DNA from: Balamuthia mandrillaris
Taxonomy: Eukaryota
Assembly: GCA_031835245.2 (NCBI GenBank)
Contig: JAVKOQ020000040.1
Location: 124,001-188,000 of the forward strand
Direction of reading: 5' to 3'
Length of the DNA: 64,000 nucleotides
Shown here: positions 51,401-63,734 of the stretch, piece after piece
How the letters are laid out: every line of letters begins with the position of its first letter
Position numbering within the stretch: position 1 is the stretch's first letter
Notes under the pieces: generated by a model
Seen by the model: the letters and a program-made list of their open reading frames with translations, nothing else
What the model was told of the DNA's origin: nothing
Database searches by the model: none
Translations under genes and position numbers: made by a program

Positions 51401-53796
51401 TCCGGCTCCAACGCTTCCACAAACAGCAGTTACTCCAGAAAGACGGTTATTGTTGTTCAGGAGAGACAGAGACTCCGTCTCATCCACTTCTGCTTCCATC
51501 TTATTGGACGGCTCTTCCACCACTTCTTCCTATGCGCCACTACCACCAATGAAGCGAGAAGACATTTACTTGGAGGGGCCGCTGACCAAGTTGAACACCA
51601 GTCAAGTCCGTTGGTTCATGCTTACGCCTTTCATGCTTGGCTATTACAAAGAGAAAGATGTAAGTATTGGCGCTTTGTTGTTATTGCTTCTGACCTCCTC
51701 TTTTTCTTTACTCAATCCTTTCAAACGGTTTTCTTCGCCGGATAGAGAGGAAAACTGGAAGAACCACGAACTCGGATAGCCTTGCTGGAAATCGCCTTCA
51801 TCAAGTTCATGTCTCCATCAGACAAGCCACCAAGCACCCCAAGGGCCAACCTTCTCCGTTTAGGCCCTGCTCGCAAAGTGTTGGCCTCCAAATCTGCTGG
51901 TGACATGTTCTCTGGCGGGGGCGGCTTGTCCTCTTCCTCCTCTGCTTCCGCTTCCTCCTCTTCTTCCTCTTCTGCTTCATCTTCCAGCAACAATCTTCTC
52001 TCTCCGATGCCAGTTGTGAAGAAGAAAGGTTTGAGCACCAACGCTTTGCTGGGAGGAAGTGGAGGAGGCAACACTAACACGGAGAACGGAGGGAGCGGAG
52101 GGTGCGAAGGAGGAGACCTTCAACAAGGGTTGATCGGAGTGGAGAGAAAAGCTCCCGCCAACACCTCCTTTCTGGTGACGACCACTTCGGTGCAAGAAAG
52201 AACTCTATACTTGCAGGCAAGGAACGCCAACGACGCTGCCTTGTGGGTGCTTGCCATTGATGCGCTTCGAAGAGGAGGCCCTGGTCGTCAAAGCGCTATA
52301 TCGGTGGAAGAGAAGGACGCTATAATGAAGTATCTCTACCTGGAGGGCTATAAGGGTGCCATCCTGAAGAGCTCCTACGAAGAGGAATGGCAGTACACTG
52401 GCAAGGGTGTGTTGAGGGCTGATAGAGGTATGGATCCAGAAGACGAGGGGCTGACTTACGTCTGGAATGGTTCCATGTTACGACCAGCAAATCCGCCGCC
52501 AGATGTTACACAAGCTACCGGGGGAGGCAGCATCACTAACAAGAGTTACGGCTGCGGCACGTGGGATGGTGTTTGGCTCTCGTGGTATGCCCTCTCCCCT
52601 GAACATGACCTAGCACCTTTCCTTGTGGTACGTTCCAGTTATGCTTCCTCTTGTTACTTCTGCATCTTCGTCTTCTTGTTTTCTTCTTCTTCTTCTTCTT
52701 CTTCTTCTTCTCCTCCTCCTCCTCCCTCCTCAGCCTTTCACATTGTTCTTGCTGTTGTTCTTGTTCTTAATCACCTTCTCCTTCTTCTTTCTTTTGGGTG
52801 TTGTTTCAGTACAAGTGGAACCGAAAAGAACGAGAATACCAAACGGACGACCCAGCGCTAACGTGGAAGTGGACTAGACACTTTTTGGCCTGCAAGAACG
52901 CCAGCGGAGAATGGATCGTGGAGGGAGAGGTTCCAGAGCCAGTGGTAATGATGCTTCAAATCCTTCGTTACATCCGCTGCGATGAAGAAATGAAACGAAT
53001 GTACCAGGATGCTCTTCGACGGACTCATGAAGCTATCTCTTATCGACACCAACAACAAAGCGAAAAAGATCAAATGGAGAAGCAGCAAAGCACATCATCA
53101 GCAAAGCATTCAAGCTCTTTGACGGCATCGTCCCTCAGCTCAGAGCACAACAGAAAGATTCATCGAAGAAGGAGAACGAAAGGAGGAAGTTGGGGAGGAA
53201 GCTCGGATGTACCCATCTTATTGCAGGAAGGAGAAGTGAAAGAGACTCACCACGACAACAATGACAACGGTGATAGCAGAGTGCTGACGGTTGTGAAAGA
53301 AGAAGGAAATGGCGGAGAAGACACCAGAGGAAAACACGACAAAGAACGCAAAAGACACTCTCAAGGCGAACACAGCAGTCACGGTGTGCAGCGCCGAAGT
53401 GGAGCCTCCTCTTCCGTCGCTGCAGCCACTTCGTCCTCATCTTCCACAGCTGCCGTGCGTAAAAGCTCATCGTCCTCGTCCACCCCTCAATCCGCTCCAA
53501 ACAGAAGAAGAGCAGTCACCGCTGGAAGCACCAGTTTCGCCAAACCGCCTTTGCCTTCTCCTTCCGTTCACGACTCTCACTCTCCATCTGCTTCTCAAGG
53601 CAAGCACAGACACTCCAAGTCGGGAGATCGACTGAGTTCTATGCTGAGCTCGCCTCGTCTAAAGTCGAGAAGCGAAGCGGAGAAAGAACGGTTGGAGAGG
53701 GAGAAAAAGATGGATGGATGGGTCCGAAAGAAAGAGGACACGGGATGTTCATCCACCTCTTCTTCTGCTTCACCATTGAGCGGTTCTTTGTCATAG
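48437..53796 (+). CDS. Large multi-exon protein: coiled/charged N-terminus, PBZ-like CCHH finger, C2 domain, PH domain and an unassigned Trp-rich domain
   Basis: CKLGKNCKEEDPEHFIRYSH. C2 pieces FHVVVS-VMGGQNL, CDAFCKV, KTKVVK, NPEWRETFHF, ITVWD, LIGEIDL. PH pieces LEGPLTKL...RWFML...YYKEK and LYLQARNANDAALWVLAID. Splice donors lie at ORF ends (e.g. 50011). Could be two genes. Confidence 0.7.
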
Positions 53797-54019
53797 TATT
53801 TTAACAGCAAAAACAAAAACAATGTTCATATGGAAGAATTGAAGAATGGAGCAACATCTTCCACCTACATCCAGTTATTTGTATGCTGGCCATCTCCTCA
53901 TTAGCCTAAAGTTCCATTAAGTCTCTCTAACTGGAGTGTCCTGGCTTGCTTCTGGATGCCGTTAAGGAAACGGCGCCGTAAAGTAAAGAAGAAAAGTAAA
54001 CAGACGTCGAGAGAGCTAA

Positions 54020-55431
54020 TGCAGCCTCCCAAGAACATCGTCGACAACGGCCTGCCTCCTCTGGGTCCCAGGAGAGCATCATCATTACGACAAGGACAGG
54101 CAGGCGGCCTTTGTCATCGAGGAGAGGAACCTGGGGTTGGCCACCACCGAACCTCCGGTCGTGAGAACCCAGTTACGCCTTTAGTTCGATAGCGACGAAA
54201 TCCCAAACGCATTGGCTTGGGGTTCAACGCCTTGGCTTGGGGTTCCGAGAAAGATATCCAAAGGGATGTGGTAACTGCTCTCGAAGACGTGCTGACAGCC
54301 GCGGGGCTTCATTCGTCAGTGTTCAGGAGGACCTGGGGATGGTCTCTATCCACTCGGGGCAGCAGAACGTCTTTCCGGTGAAGCAAAAGACGGTGCCTGT
54401 CGGAGTTGTCGAGGTCAAAAAGCCAACGGAGAACACTGTGGAAAGAGACCATGGGCAGACCTTCCACGACATGATGGCCCTGCGCTCTTTCTCTGGGCTT
54501 AGATACGTGTTCGGTATTCTCACGACGTACGGGAAGTGGCGCCTTTGCTGGCACGAGGAGGCCCATCACCTGGCCCAAAGCCGAGCAGCAGAAGGGAGGA
54601 TTGAGCTGAGTTCCTTTCTTCCGACCATTCCGCAGTGGGTTGCAGGCGGTAACTTGCCAGTATACAGAAACAGGTTAAGTCCAACATCTGCACCAACGAC
54701 AATGCTACGCCACGCCGCTCTACTCCTGTATAGATCCAAGCTTGCCTTTGATCTTAACCTCCGCCGTCAGGAAGATGGAGCGTTCACCTGTGCAACCGGC
54801 ATCGTCGATCCATTGTCTATTGGAAGGCACTGGCCTCTTGGTGAATGCCGAAACGTTCAGCTGGGAAGAGAAATCACTCAGCGATATCGTGTTTGGTGTG
54901 GAACTCACCGCCGAAGACAACGTATTCTGGCTCCTTGCTGATCTTCACGGGGGAGCAGATGGCAACGTTTGCCTTGCCAGCACACCGCAAGGAAAAGGAT
55001 GCGTTGTCACGTTCTCGAGAAGAAACGGGGAGGAGGCCGGACTCGCCTGCAGGCGTGAGGCAGCTATATGGACGAACGTGTGGGGCAGAAACGCGTTTGC
55101 ACTGAAACTTGGGCAGAACGACGCCGTGGTCATGCCATACGTGAATCCCTGCGCGTCAAGCGGCCACCCGTTTTACCCGCCTCCACATCTGAGAGCAGCT
55201 ACGAAGGTGGCCATTGCAAGACTTGCAGGGCACAGAATAAAACACGACGACCTCAACTGGAGACATGTGGGAAGGTATCTGGATTCTACTGGAGAAGAAA
55301 AGGTTGTTCTCTTTGACCTGGCGCAGGTGACCGAGGGCATTGAGACAGAAGAGGCCAAACGATCCATGCACGAGGCTCTCGGTCTTGTGGAAGAATGGGC
55401 AACACAGAGAAAGCTGTTACTCCTGTTGTAA
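54020..55431 (+). pseudogene. Frameshifted Crinkler-type REase (PD-(D/E)XK) + kinase-like gene (DUF5898-like)
   Basis: Fragments in different frames: WGSEKDIQRDVVTALEDVLTAAGL, VPVGVVEVKKP...GQTFHDMMALRSFSGLRYVFGILTTYGKWRLCW, then LHGGADGNVCL...REAAIW...VVMPY...HDDLNWRHVG...VVLFDL. No introns or microsatellites. Confidence 0.7.
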
Positions 55432-55734
55432 TGAGCTTGTGAATCTTTCCCTTGTATAAGAACTTTGCTGCTGCTGCAGCGGTGTTGGCAGCGGCGAAGG
55501 GAGGTAAAGGTTACACATGACAAAAAGAAGGAGACGGAGGCTGGCCGAGGAGGAATGGGCCAGAGGACGTAGGAAAAACAAGAGCACATTGAAATTGCTG
55601 TACGGTATTCATTTTAAAAAAGAAAAGTAACCAAGATAAAAATAAAAATAGGGAAAAAAAAATAAACCACAGAATAAAAATAATAATAAGTGCTCGAGAA
55701 GATACTTCTTCCTTTTTCTCAAAAAAAATGGTCC

Positions 55735-58700
55735 TTACCACTTACGGAAACCGCCTCCCCCTCTTCCTTGTTGCTGTTGTCTTGCGCTGAACGAAGACGT
55801 TGTCCAACTTCCTCCTCCATTCAACAATTCCCCTCCATCATTTCCACTTCCACTCCTGCTTCTGTTTCTAGTCGACCATCGATGACCTCCTCCTCTTTCT
55901 CCTTCTCTCTCTTCCTCTTCTTCCTCTTCACCACCAAAGCTAAGCATAGTTGGCCATCCCCTTCTTCCTTTGGTACTCCACCTCCTATTATTGACGTTAT
56001 TGTTATCGATGGTATTGCGATCCAAAAGATGTTGTTGCTTCCTCCTCAAAGCCAACTCCGTGACAAGCGGAATGTGGTCGGAGCACATGTAGGCGTTGGG
56101 AAGAGCGCCGACTTGAGAAGTGATGACGGCCTCATCCACCGGTCGCAACACTTTGAGCACTTCCAAATGCTCCTGCGTGTAGAAGATGTAGTCGAGGCAG
56201 CCCTGAAAGTTATCAGTGAAGTTGGTGAAGGCGGGCTCCCCCACCGAGGCATAGGCGCTGTCCAGGGAGAGCTTGTGGCTCAGGCCTAACTTAGTATAAC
56301 GGCCATAGTCGTAGGGACCAAAGTCTGAATGACTTCCTTCTAACTTTCCTGCCTGTTTTTCATTTATTTATTTTTTTTTGTTTGAAACTTAGTCACCTGT
56401 GAGGCTAATAATAAAAAGAAGAAAGAATGAGCAGACAAACCTTCAAAAACTCATAAACACCGCTATCGGGCAAGGAGTTGAAATCACCACAAATAATAAT
56501 AGGCACGTTTGTATAGTCGCACTTGCTATGCAACGATGTGCTATAGCCATGACTGACGGTGTTGCTATCACCGTCATGTTCTCCACTATTACTGCCATCA
56601 TGATCTGCGCCCTTTCCTTCTCCCTCTTCATCTTCTCCCTCCTCTCCCCCGTTTTGCTTCTTTGTTACATTCTTCGTCTTCGTGTTTGATTTGGCAGACG
56701 CTCGGATGATGTTATCCAATTCCTCCAACAACATGCAAACTTGCATCAACTTTACATCTGCAAAAGCCGGGTCCCAATGTATGTGCGTATTTACAACCAT
56801 TACAATAGGTTCTTCTTCCGCTTCTCTAGCTTTGTTCTCTTCTACGTCTTCTTCATCTTCATTTTCATCTTCCTCATCGTCTGTCTCGCTATCTTTTTGT
56901 TTGCCTTCCGCCGTTGTTGCTCCATTTGCTAATCCGTTGCTTGACGTACGAAGTTTGTTCTTTTTTGTTTTGGCTGAAGAGAGACAACGAAAGGCCAACG
57001 CAATCGCAATTTGGTCTTTGGTAATGAGCCGATCCAAAGCCTCGGAACAGCCTGGGAATTCTTTCTCGTATCTCTTGATAGATGAGCTTTGATATTCTAT
57101 CCAGTACTCATCCAACAGCTCAAACCTTTAATTAAATAATATTTTTTGTTGTTTTGTTCGTTAATCATAAAAAAAGAGAACCAAAAGAATAAAGAATAAA
57201 AAAGAGAGAAAAAATAATACTTGTCGGGTTTGTAGAAGATAACGCAGCCATCAACGGAACCAATGTCTCCCATTGTTCTTGCCCGCGACTTGGGTTTGAA
57301 AATGCCTTCATAGCCTGCTTTTCGCATCTCCGGTTGATAAAATGAGAGATAGTGCTTCGACTCCACTTCCTGAAGGGCCAAAAAGTCGCAATCGTAGGAG
57401 AGCACCTCTTGCAGGATGCGATTCTTTCGATATTCGTTGTTGAGAAAGTGTTTAGGACAATATCCCAAAAGCTCTGGTACTGCGTACTTCTCTGCAAGAA
57501 TGTTGTAACACAACACCCTAAGTTTTACTGTTGTGAAGGAAGAGGGAAAGTCAGTACGCAAGAATAAATAAATCACACAAAAACTTTAACGAAATAACAA
57601 CGATACAAACTTCGGTTTTCGTAGTCAGTATTGATGGTCAACCAGGGCCGTTCTGGTGGAGGCGGCGGCACTAAACATGCAAAAACAATATAACATGAGT
57701 ACCACAAGATAGAGAAAGAAAAACGGAGGAGTGTACTTGGCATTCTCTCGCGAAGAAATCCAACAATGTGGTCAACGCTTTGCTGCAACACGACCTGAGG
57801 CGGAGACAACAGCGGATTGTTCTCCAACCGCAGCCGTTTCAAGCGATACAGCCGTCCCATCAGCAACGGCAGCTCCTGCAGCATGTTATGAGCAAGGTTG
57901 AGCTCCTCCAACCGAATGAGACGGCCGATGGAGTCTGGGAGTCTAGTCAAGAGATTGCTGCTGAGGTTGAGGCGTGTGAGGTTGGTTAGCTTGTGGAAGA
58001 GCACCTCCGGCAGAGAGGTCAGCTTGTTGTTGTTCAACCAAAGTACTGTGAGATGAGTGTAGATGGAGAGCTGAGGATTGAGAACCGGCAGATTCATTCG
58101 ACTCAAATCTAAAGCTGTCCATGTTTCCACCACAACCTGTCTCTTATCGTCGGCATTATTAATGGCCTCGTACTCTGCTGCTCCGCTGGAAGACGGAGAA
58201 GCCTGTGGGTTTAGTGGCGGTGATAGCGATGGCATCGCTACACCTTCCGCGATGCTTTGCATTTGAACTTCATGCCATTTCCGTTCTTCTTCAGCTTCCT
58301 CCTCATCGATCATGGGAATGGGTGTAGTTACTGGTGCACTCATCGTTGCGTTTCTCATACGCATCATCATCACGTTCTCTCCATCGTTCAAATTGTTGGT
58401 GCTAAGGCTGCTTTGGAGATGATCTTCCAGTATTGCATAGTCAAATCTTCCTCCAGCTTGTTGTTCCCCTCGATCCACAAAACTAAAGGTTTGCAAGCCG
58501 CTTCCTCCTCCACTTCCCCCAGCTAACAACAGTTCTCTCTCGTATTGACTCTGTGCAGCTAACAGCATTTCGAATGCAGAGGGCGATGTCGTCGTTGCTC
58601 CATCGATGCCGTTCTCTCTTGCTCCAGGTGTTGCTCTTCCGTTGTTGCCAAAGGAGTGCTGTTGTTGTTGTGCCTGTTGGTGGTGGTGTTGAGAAAGAGA

Positions 58701-59417
58701 GGGAAAGAGCAACGGAGGAGCTGAGCCTCCACCGCTTCGACTTCTCTCTCTGTGGGGGTGTTGTGGCTGCTGTGGTTGTGGCTGGTATTGTCTTGTTATA
58801 AACGAAGCAGAAGAAGAGGAAGAGGAGCCTCCTCCACTTCCAACAGCTGCTCGTTGAGCTATCAACGTTTGTGACTGTTGTTGGTGGAGTGGCGTTTGTT
58901 GTGTTTGTTGGTTAAAGGAAGAAGAGGAAGCAGAAAAAGAAGAGGCAGCAGAAGGCGGTGAGGAAGAGGAAGAAGAAGGTGGAGGGGAAGGAGAAGGAGA
59001 AGGTAGAGTATAGCTATTGCCAGAGCCATAAAAACGGTGTTGCTGTTGGTGATGGTGCTGAGAATGAGGAGGAGGCCATTGGTGGTGATGGTGAAAGGGA
59101 GAAGGAGGGCCCGCGCCACGCCCTAAAGCTGCATTGCTGCTGTGTCGCGAGGGAGAGACCGCCACAGGAGGTGGCGAAGGTGAAGGAGAGGGAGGAGGCT
59201 GAGTGGCGCCCCAGCTTCCACCTCCACTTCCACCTCCCCCCATGGAAGAAGAACCGGAAGAAGAAGGGGGAGTAGAGGACGCTCCTCTTTTTCTATTGTT
59301 GCCGAGGCCAAAGAAGCTTGCAGGGGAGGAGGCAGAGGGAGCGGGCGTGGCGTATTGCCTCGCACCAGTGAGAGGGGTGCCCCACACCGAAGTGGTGGCA
59401 GAAGAAGGGTCCCCCAT
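55735..59417 (-). CDS. CCR4: CCR4-NOT deadenylase subunit CCR4/CNOT6 (LRR + EEP nuclease)
   Basis: LRRs (LTVLWLNNNKLTSLP...LENNPL), PPPPERPW, RVLCYNILAEKYA, LALQEVE, KPKSRARTM, VDGC, NTHIHWDP, ICGDFNSLPDSGV, FTNFT, LDYIFY, SDHIPL. Confidence 0.95.
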
Positions 59418-59868
59418 TGTTTTGAAATTGAGGAACAACCGGCGTTAAAGGGGGTGCCCCAAACCACCACCTTGGCCACTCCTTTTTCTTTCCTCTCTGT
59501 TGTTGTTTTCAAAAGAAGGGGACAAATATTTTGTGAGCAAGAAAAAAAAAAAAAGTGGAGACAACTACCTTTTTTTTTTTTTTTTCTTGTTGTGTTGGCC
59601 TTTGCCTCCTCCTCCTCCTCTTCCACAGACGACACGCCAAAAACCAAAAAGGTTTCTTTTTTCTTTCTTTCTTTCTTTTTTTCTTTTTTTTTTTTTTTGT
59701 TTTTGAATTCTTTTTAATTTTTTTCTATAACGTTCGTTCAAAAAAGGGGTTTTGGAGGGTCACCCTGCATGCACCCCTCCGCTATGTGCTTTTGTGTAAT
59801 CAAACGTGTGGGGGGAGAGCAGCACCCACCCACATGCAACACTTTTTGGGGGTGAAAGGCAGGCAGCA

Positions 59869-60146
59869 CACGGAAAGGGCAAGGTTGGTTTTGGCAAAGG
59901 AGGAGCGTGACCAGAAATACATTCAATTTATGAATGATCACCTCTGCGAGGTTGTAGAAGACTCCACTCGCCTGGGCGACCAAGTATTTCAGAAGACTTG
60001 GGATCCTCAGAGGTTATCATTCATGAAATGAATGTATTTCTGGTCACGCTCTTTTGCGGAAGAGAAAGCAGCAATGCAAAAGGGTACCTTTCGTTTCAAA
60101 GAAAAGAAAACGTATCCTTTCCTCAGCATTTTCCTTGCCTTCCGTG
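59869..60146 (+). ncRNA. Candidate structured non-coding RNA / long hairpin
   Basis: 44-bp inverted repeat 59903-59946 / 60008-60051 (41/44 complementary), nested in outer pairing 59869-59884 / 60133-60146. Several G-U pairs favour the + strand. Confidence 0.5.
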
Positions 60147-60659
60147 GCTTCGGTACCCTTTTTTTCTCACTGTACACTTGGAGTAGTAGCGGCGTGACTT
60201 TCTTGTCATCTCTCCCACTGCTACCCTTTTTTTTTTTCACACACACCCACACACACGAGAGGGGAATCTCCACCTCGCGGCAAAGCCGTGCCCGCTTCTC
60301 GCCGGACCACCGCCAAGCTCCCGCCCACTCCTGTCCTGTTCCACCAGAAACTGTCAACCTCCAAACAGTCCGCCGTGAGCGGGTGGAGATCTCCCACACG
60401 AAGACCTCCACAATCGCTCCGAACAAAAGCAAACTGAGACACGAAACTAACTCCTTAGCTGTGAGTCTCTCCCTTAAAAACCTTTGCTACTGCCTGCCCC
60501 GCAACCATCCAACCAATCATCCACTGCCACGCATCCACCTTACTGGCCTCCCAATCGCACCGAGCCACGAATCCTTCTCTATCTCCGCAACTCCGTGGTC
60601 ACAGCGGCTCGTCCTATGGGAGGGAACCTCGATTCTGCCTGGCAAAATCATAGACGAGA

Positions 60660-60731
60660 GGGGCTATAGCTCAGTGGTAGAGCGTTCGACTGCAGATCGA
60701 ATGGTCGGCGGTTCAAATCCGCCTGGCCCCT
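60660..60731 (+). tRNA. tRNA-Cys (anticodon GCA)
   Basis: GGGGCTA/TGGCCCC acceptor, GCTC/GAGC D-stem, TTCGA-CTGCAGA-TCGAA anticodon arm, GGCGG-TTCAAAT-CCGCC T-arm, U73, downstream T-runs. Confidence 0.96.
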
Positions 60732-61041
60732 ATTTCTTTTTCCTGTTTTTTTTGCTTTTTTTTTTCGTTGTTTGTTACTTCGCATAATAAACTCAGCGTG
60801 CTTGCTCCATCGTCTCCCATCCCCTCCCCAGTGGGTGGTACCCTCCCAACGCAATGGCCATTATTTTGTTTTTGCATTGTTGGTCCCGTCTCTAAATGAA
60901 AAGAATCTTTGTTCGGTTGAAAGGTTTTTTGTATGGATGAATATATGTACAGCATGGTTTTTTGTAGAAGGAAGACTTTCTTCAAGACCACCTTTTTCCA
61001 TTCTTTTGCTTTTGGTAGGCCGTAGCTTCTCTGTTTCTTCG

Positions 61042-63431
61042 TTACTTGATGTTTCGTTTTGCGGTACCAATATCACAAGAGTTGACCTTGGTGGCAAAAC
61101 GAAGCGAACTAGACATTTTAAAACAAAAAAAACAGCAAGTCAACACAAAAGGAATGTTCAAAAGACAGAGAAAAGAAGAACAGAGGAGAGAATGTGAATG
61201 AGTGACCTTAAGCTTTCGTTCACATCGCGAGCCAATGGGGAAATGTTGACAAACATCAAAGTCTTCGAGTTGCCTCCCAAGCAATTCTGCAACAAGTAAG
61301 TAAGCTTGCTATTACGGTAAGGAATGTGCTGCCCCTTCGTCGCCAACGAGTAAATGACATCTCCCAAGCAGCTCAAACTGCGGTTGATATTCTTGGTCTC
61401 GGTAAGACGATCGCCGGTGGCTCCGCTGTTGGCCAGCCTCTCCGAGCCTGCCAAGTCGATGAGATTAAGAATGCCAACGGTGGTCTTCCCGTTAATCTTG
61501 TTGAGACCAGAGAGCTTCAGCTGAAAGACGCTGTGACTGCGAGAGGAGCGCTCGTTGAGCTTGGTGCTGGCCACTGCTCTGTTGTGTGCGGCTCTCTTGA
61601 GGAGGTCGTACACCTGGTAAGGTTGTTCCACCGTCACTTTATGAACGATGAGCGAGCGCGCGTCAGAAAATGATGAAGAGCAAAAAGACAAGGAGGGGGA
61701 GAGAGAGAGAGAGAGAAGAGATACCTGTTGTCAAGTTTGTGACGGTCGTGTTGCCTTTAGCATCGTGTTTAATCTCATATTTATCTTTCTTGGCTTCCTT
61801 GTCCTTCTTCTGGTTGGCAGACGATGAAGAACCGGCAGCTTTGGCCTTTTTCTTCTTCAACAAATCCCTTATCTCCTCGTTGTAAATCTCCAAGAATGCT
61901 GCCTCCATAGTATACTCCCAGCCTTTCTCCTGGAGGTAACGCGTGGTCTCAAAGATTTGCTCCACCGTTCTGGGGATCATGCCACGCTTTTCCATGTCCT
62001 CTCCTACAAGTCCCATTTCCTGCATGCCAGGTCCCTCCATGGTGAAGGTCTTGCCAGAACCGGTCTGTCCGTAGGTAAAGATACAGGTATTATAGCCATC
62101 CAAAGCACTCTGCACAAGCTGAGATATTTCCTCAAAGACCTCCACTTGAGTAGCCTCTGGGCGAAAGACCTTGTCAAACTGGAAGCGAAACTTCTTGGAG
62201 GGGCCTGCCTTGCCCCCAACGACACTCTCGCGTCCGCTCTGACTGACTTCGAGCTCCTTCTCATCGCAGTTTTCGGGAAAGGCAAAGGGGCTCTCTGCGT
62301 TCTCCTCATCCTCAGCCTCAGCTCCGATAAGAGGCCGCACTCTGCAAAAGACACGAATATTGCCTTTAAGCTCCTGAATGGTGTTGTGAAGCTTCCTTCG
62401 AAGCTGTTCGTGCTCGCGGCTCTTGTACTCCAGCTCCTCGATGCGGGCTTTCTGAGCGGCAATGGTTTCGGTCTGGTCTGAGATGGTTCCGGCCTGCTCC
62501 GAGATGGTCCTCTTTCTCTCCTCAAGCGTTTGCTGCATCTCCACGATTTGAGTGCGAAGGCCTTCCATCTCCAGCTCAGCCTTGGCGATTTGCATCTTGG
62601 CTCGGTCCAGCTCCTCCTGGCGAACGTCGAGCTTGATGAGGAGGTTTGAGTGCTCGCTCTGGAGGCTGTTGTAGAGACGCTCCTTCTCGGCCATCTCCGA
62701 GCGGTGAGACTGGCGGGTGCTCTCGAGGAGGGAACGGAGCTCAGTGATGCCCCTTTGGGCCTCCTCAAACTCTCGTTGTCGGACCTCCACATTCTTCTCC
62801 AACACTGTCTTTACTTCAGCCACCTCATGAACTAATGTGCGAAAACAAAAACATGTTAGATGAGATCAGAGAAGAGAACTAAAAGCAAGGGAAGAACAGG
62901 AAGAAGAAGGTACGACGTACGTTGAGATTCTTTCTCTCCTACTTGCTGTTGCAACGCTTCGACTTGACTGTTCGATTCCTTCACTTGTTGCTTCAACGTG
63001 ATGGTGAAGCGTTCGAGATCCTCCAACCGCCCCTTGATATCCCAAGCCGGCCGCTTCTTTTTTCCTCCTGAAGCATTCGAAGCGGAGGCACTTGCTCCAC
63101 CAACATTAGGGTTTGCATTCTCATCCATACGAGCTCGTTTCGTCGCAGTGAGACTGGGACGAGCGGACGGGGTAGATGTTGCTTCAGCAATTCTTCTCTT
63201 GACGCTCGTCGAAGTCGTTGTTGTGCTTCGAGGTTGCGAGCCGCTCCGTGAAGTTGAGGTGGTGGTGGAAGAAGAAGAGGTTGTGGAAGAAGAGATTTTT
63301 CTGGCGGCGGCGCTAGCGGTGGGTCGCTGCAAACGGCTTAGGCCGCTGCTCTGGGATGAGATCGATCGGTTCAAGGCCGAGTCTCCTCCTCTTAAGCTGC
63401 GAGTGGAGATGTTGGATGGTGCGCGAGACAT
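61042..63431 (-). CDS. Kinesin-14 (KIFC1/Kar3/NCD-type C-terminal motor)
   Basis: Basic tail, [11 protein letters not shown], coiled coil, neck [82 protein letters not shown]. Confidence 0.95.
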
Positions 63432-63734
63432 TGGCGGTATTTTCTTGACTAGAGCTATCTCTCGTATATTTTTCTTTTCGTTCGTTCACGTTGGGCTGCC
63501 CTTGGCTTTGCTATGCTTCGTTTTGGTGAACTGACGAATTGAGTAGGGAACAAAAAAAAGAATATGAAAAAACGTTATGGTACCAAAAAAAGAGCGGCAC
63601 TTTGCTCAGCCAGTATTTAACGGTCACTTTTCCCGCCAAAAATGGGATCAATAAATTTATCTGCTATGATGATGTCACTGTTGGGCACTCTTTTCGACTC
63701 CCACCGACGACAACTTTGACTCGATAAGATCTCG

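Noticed and set aside
59964..59980. ccactcgcctgggcgac resembles the 7SL/Alu 3' motif
   Set aside because: I found no SRP helix-8 or Alu-domain consensus nearby, and the match is too short.
59740..60660. Telomerase RNA, RNase P/MRP or spliceosomal snRNA identity for the structured region
   Set aside because: I could not see a CCCTAA-type template, P4 consensus boxes or snRNA 5' motifs on either strand.
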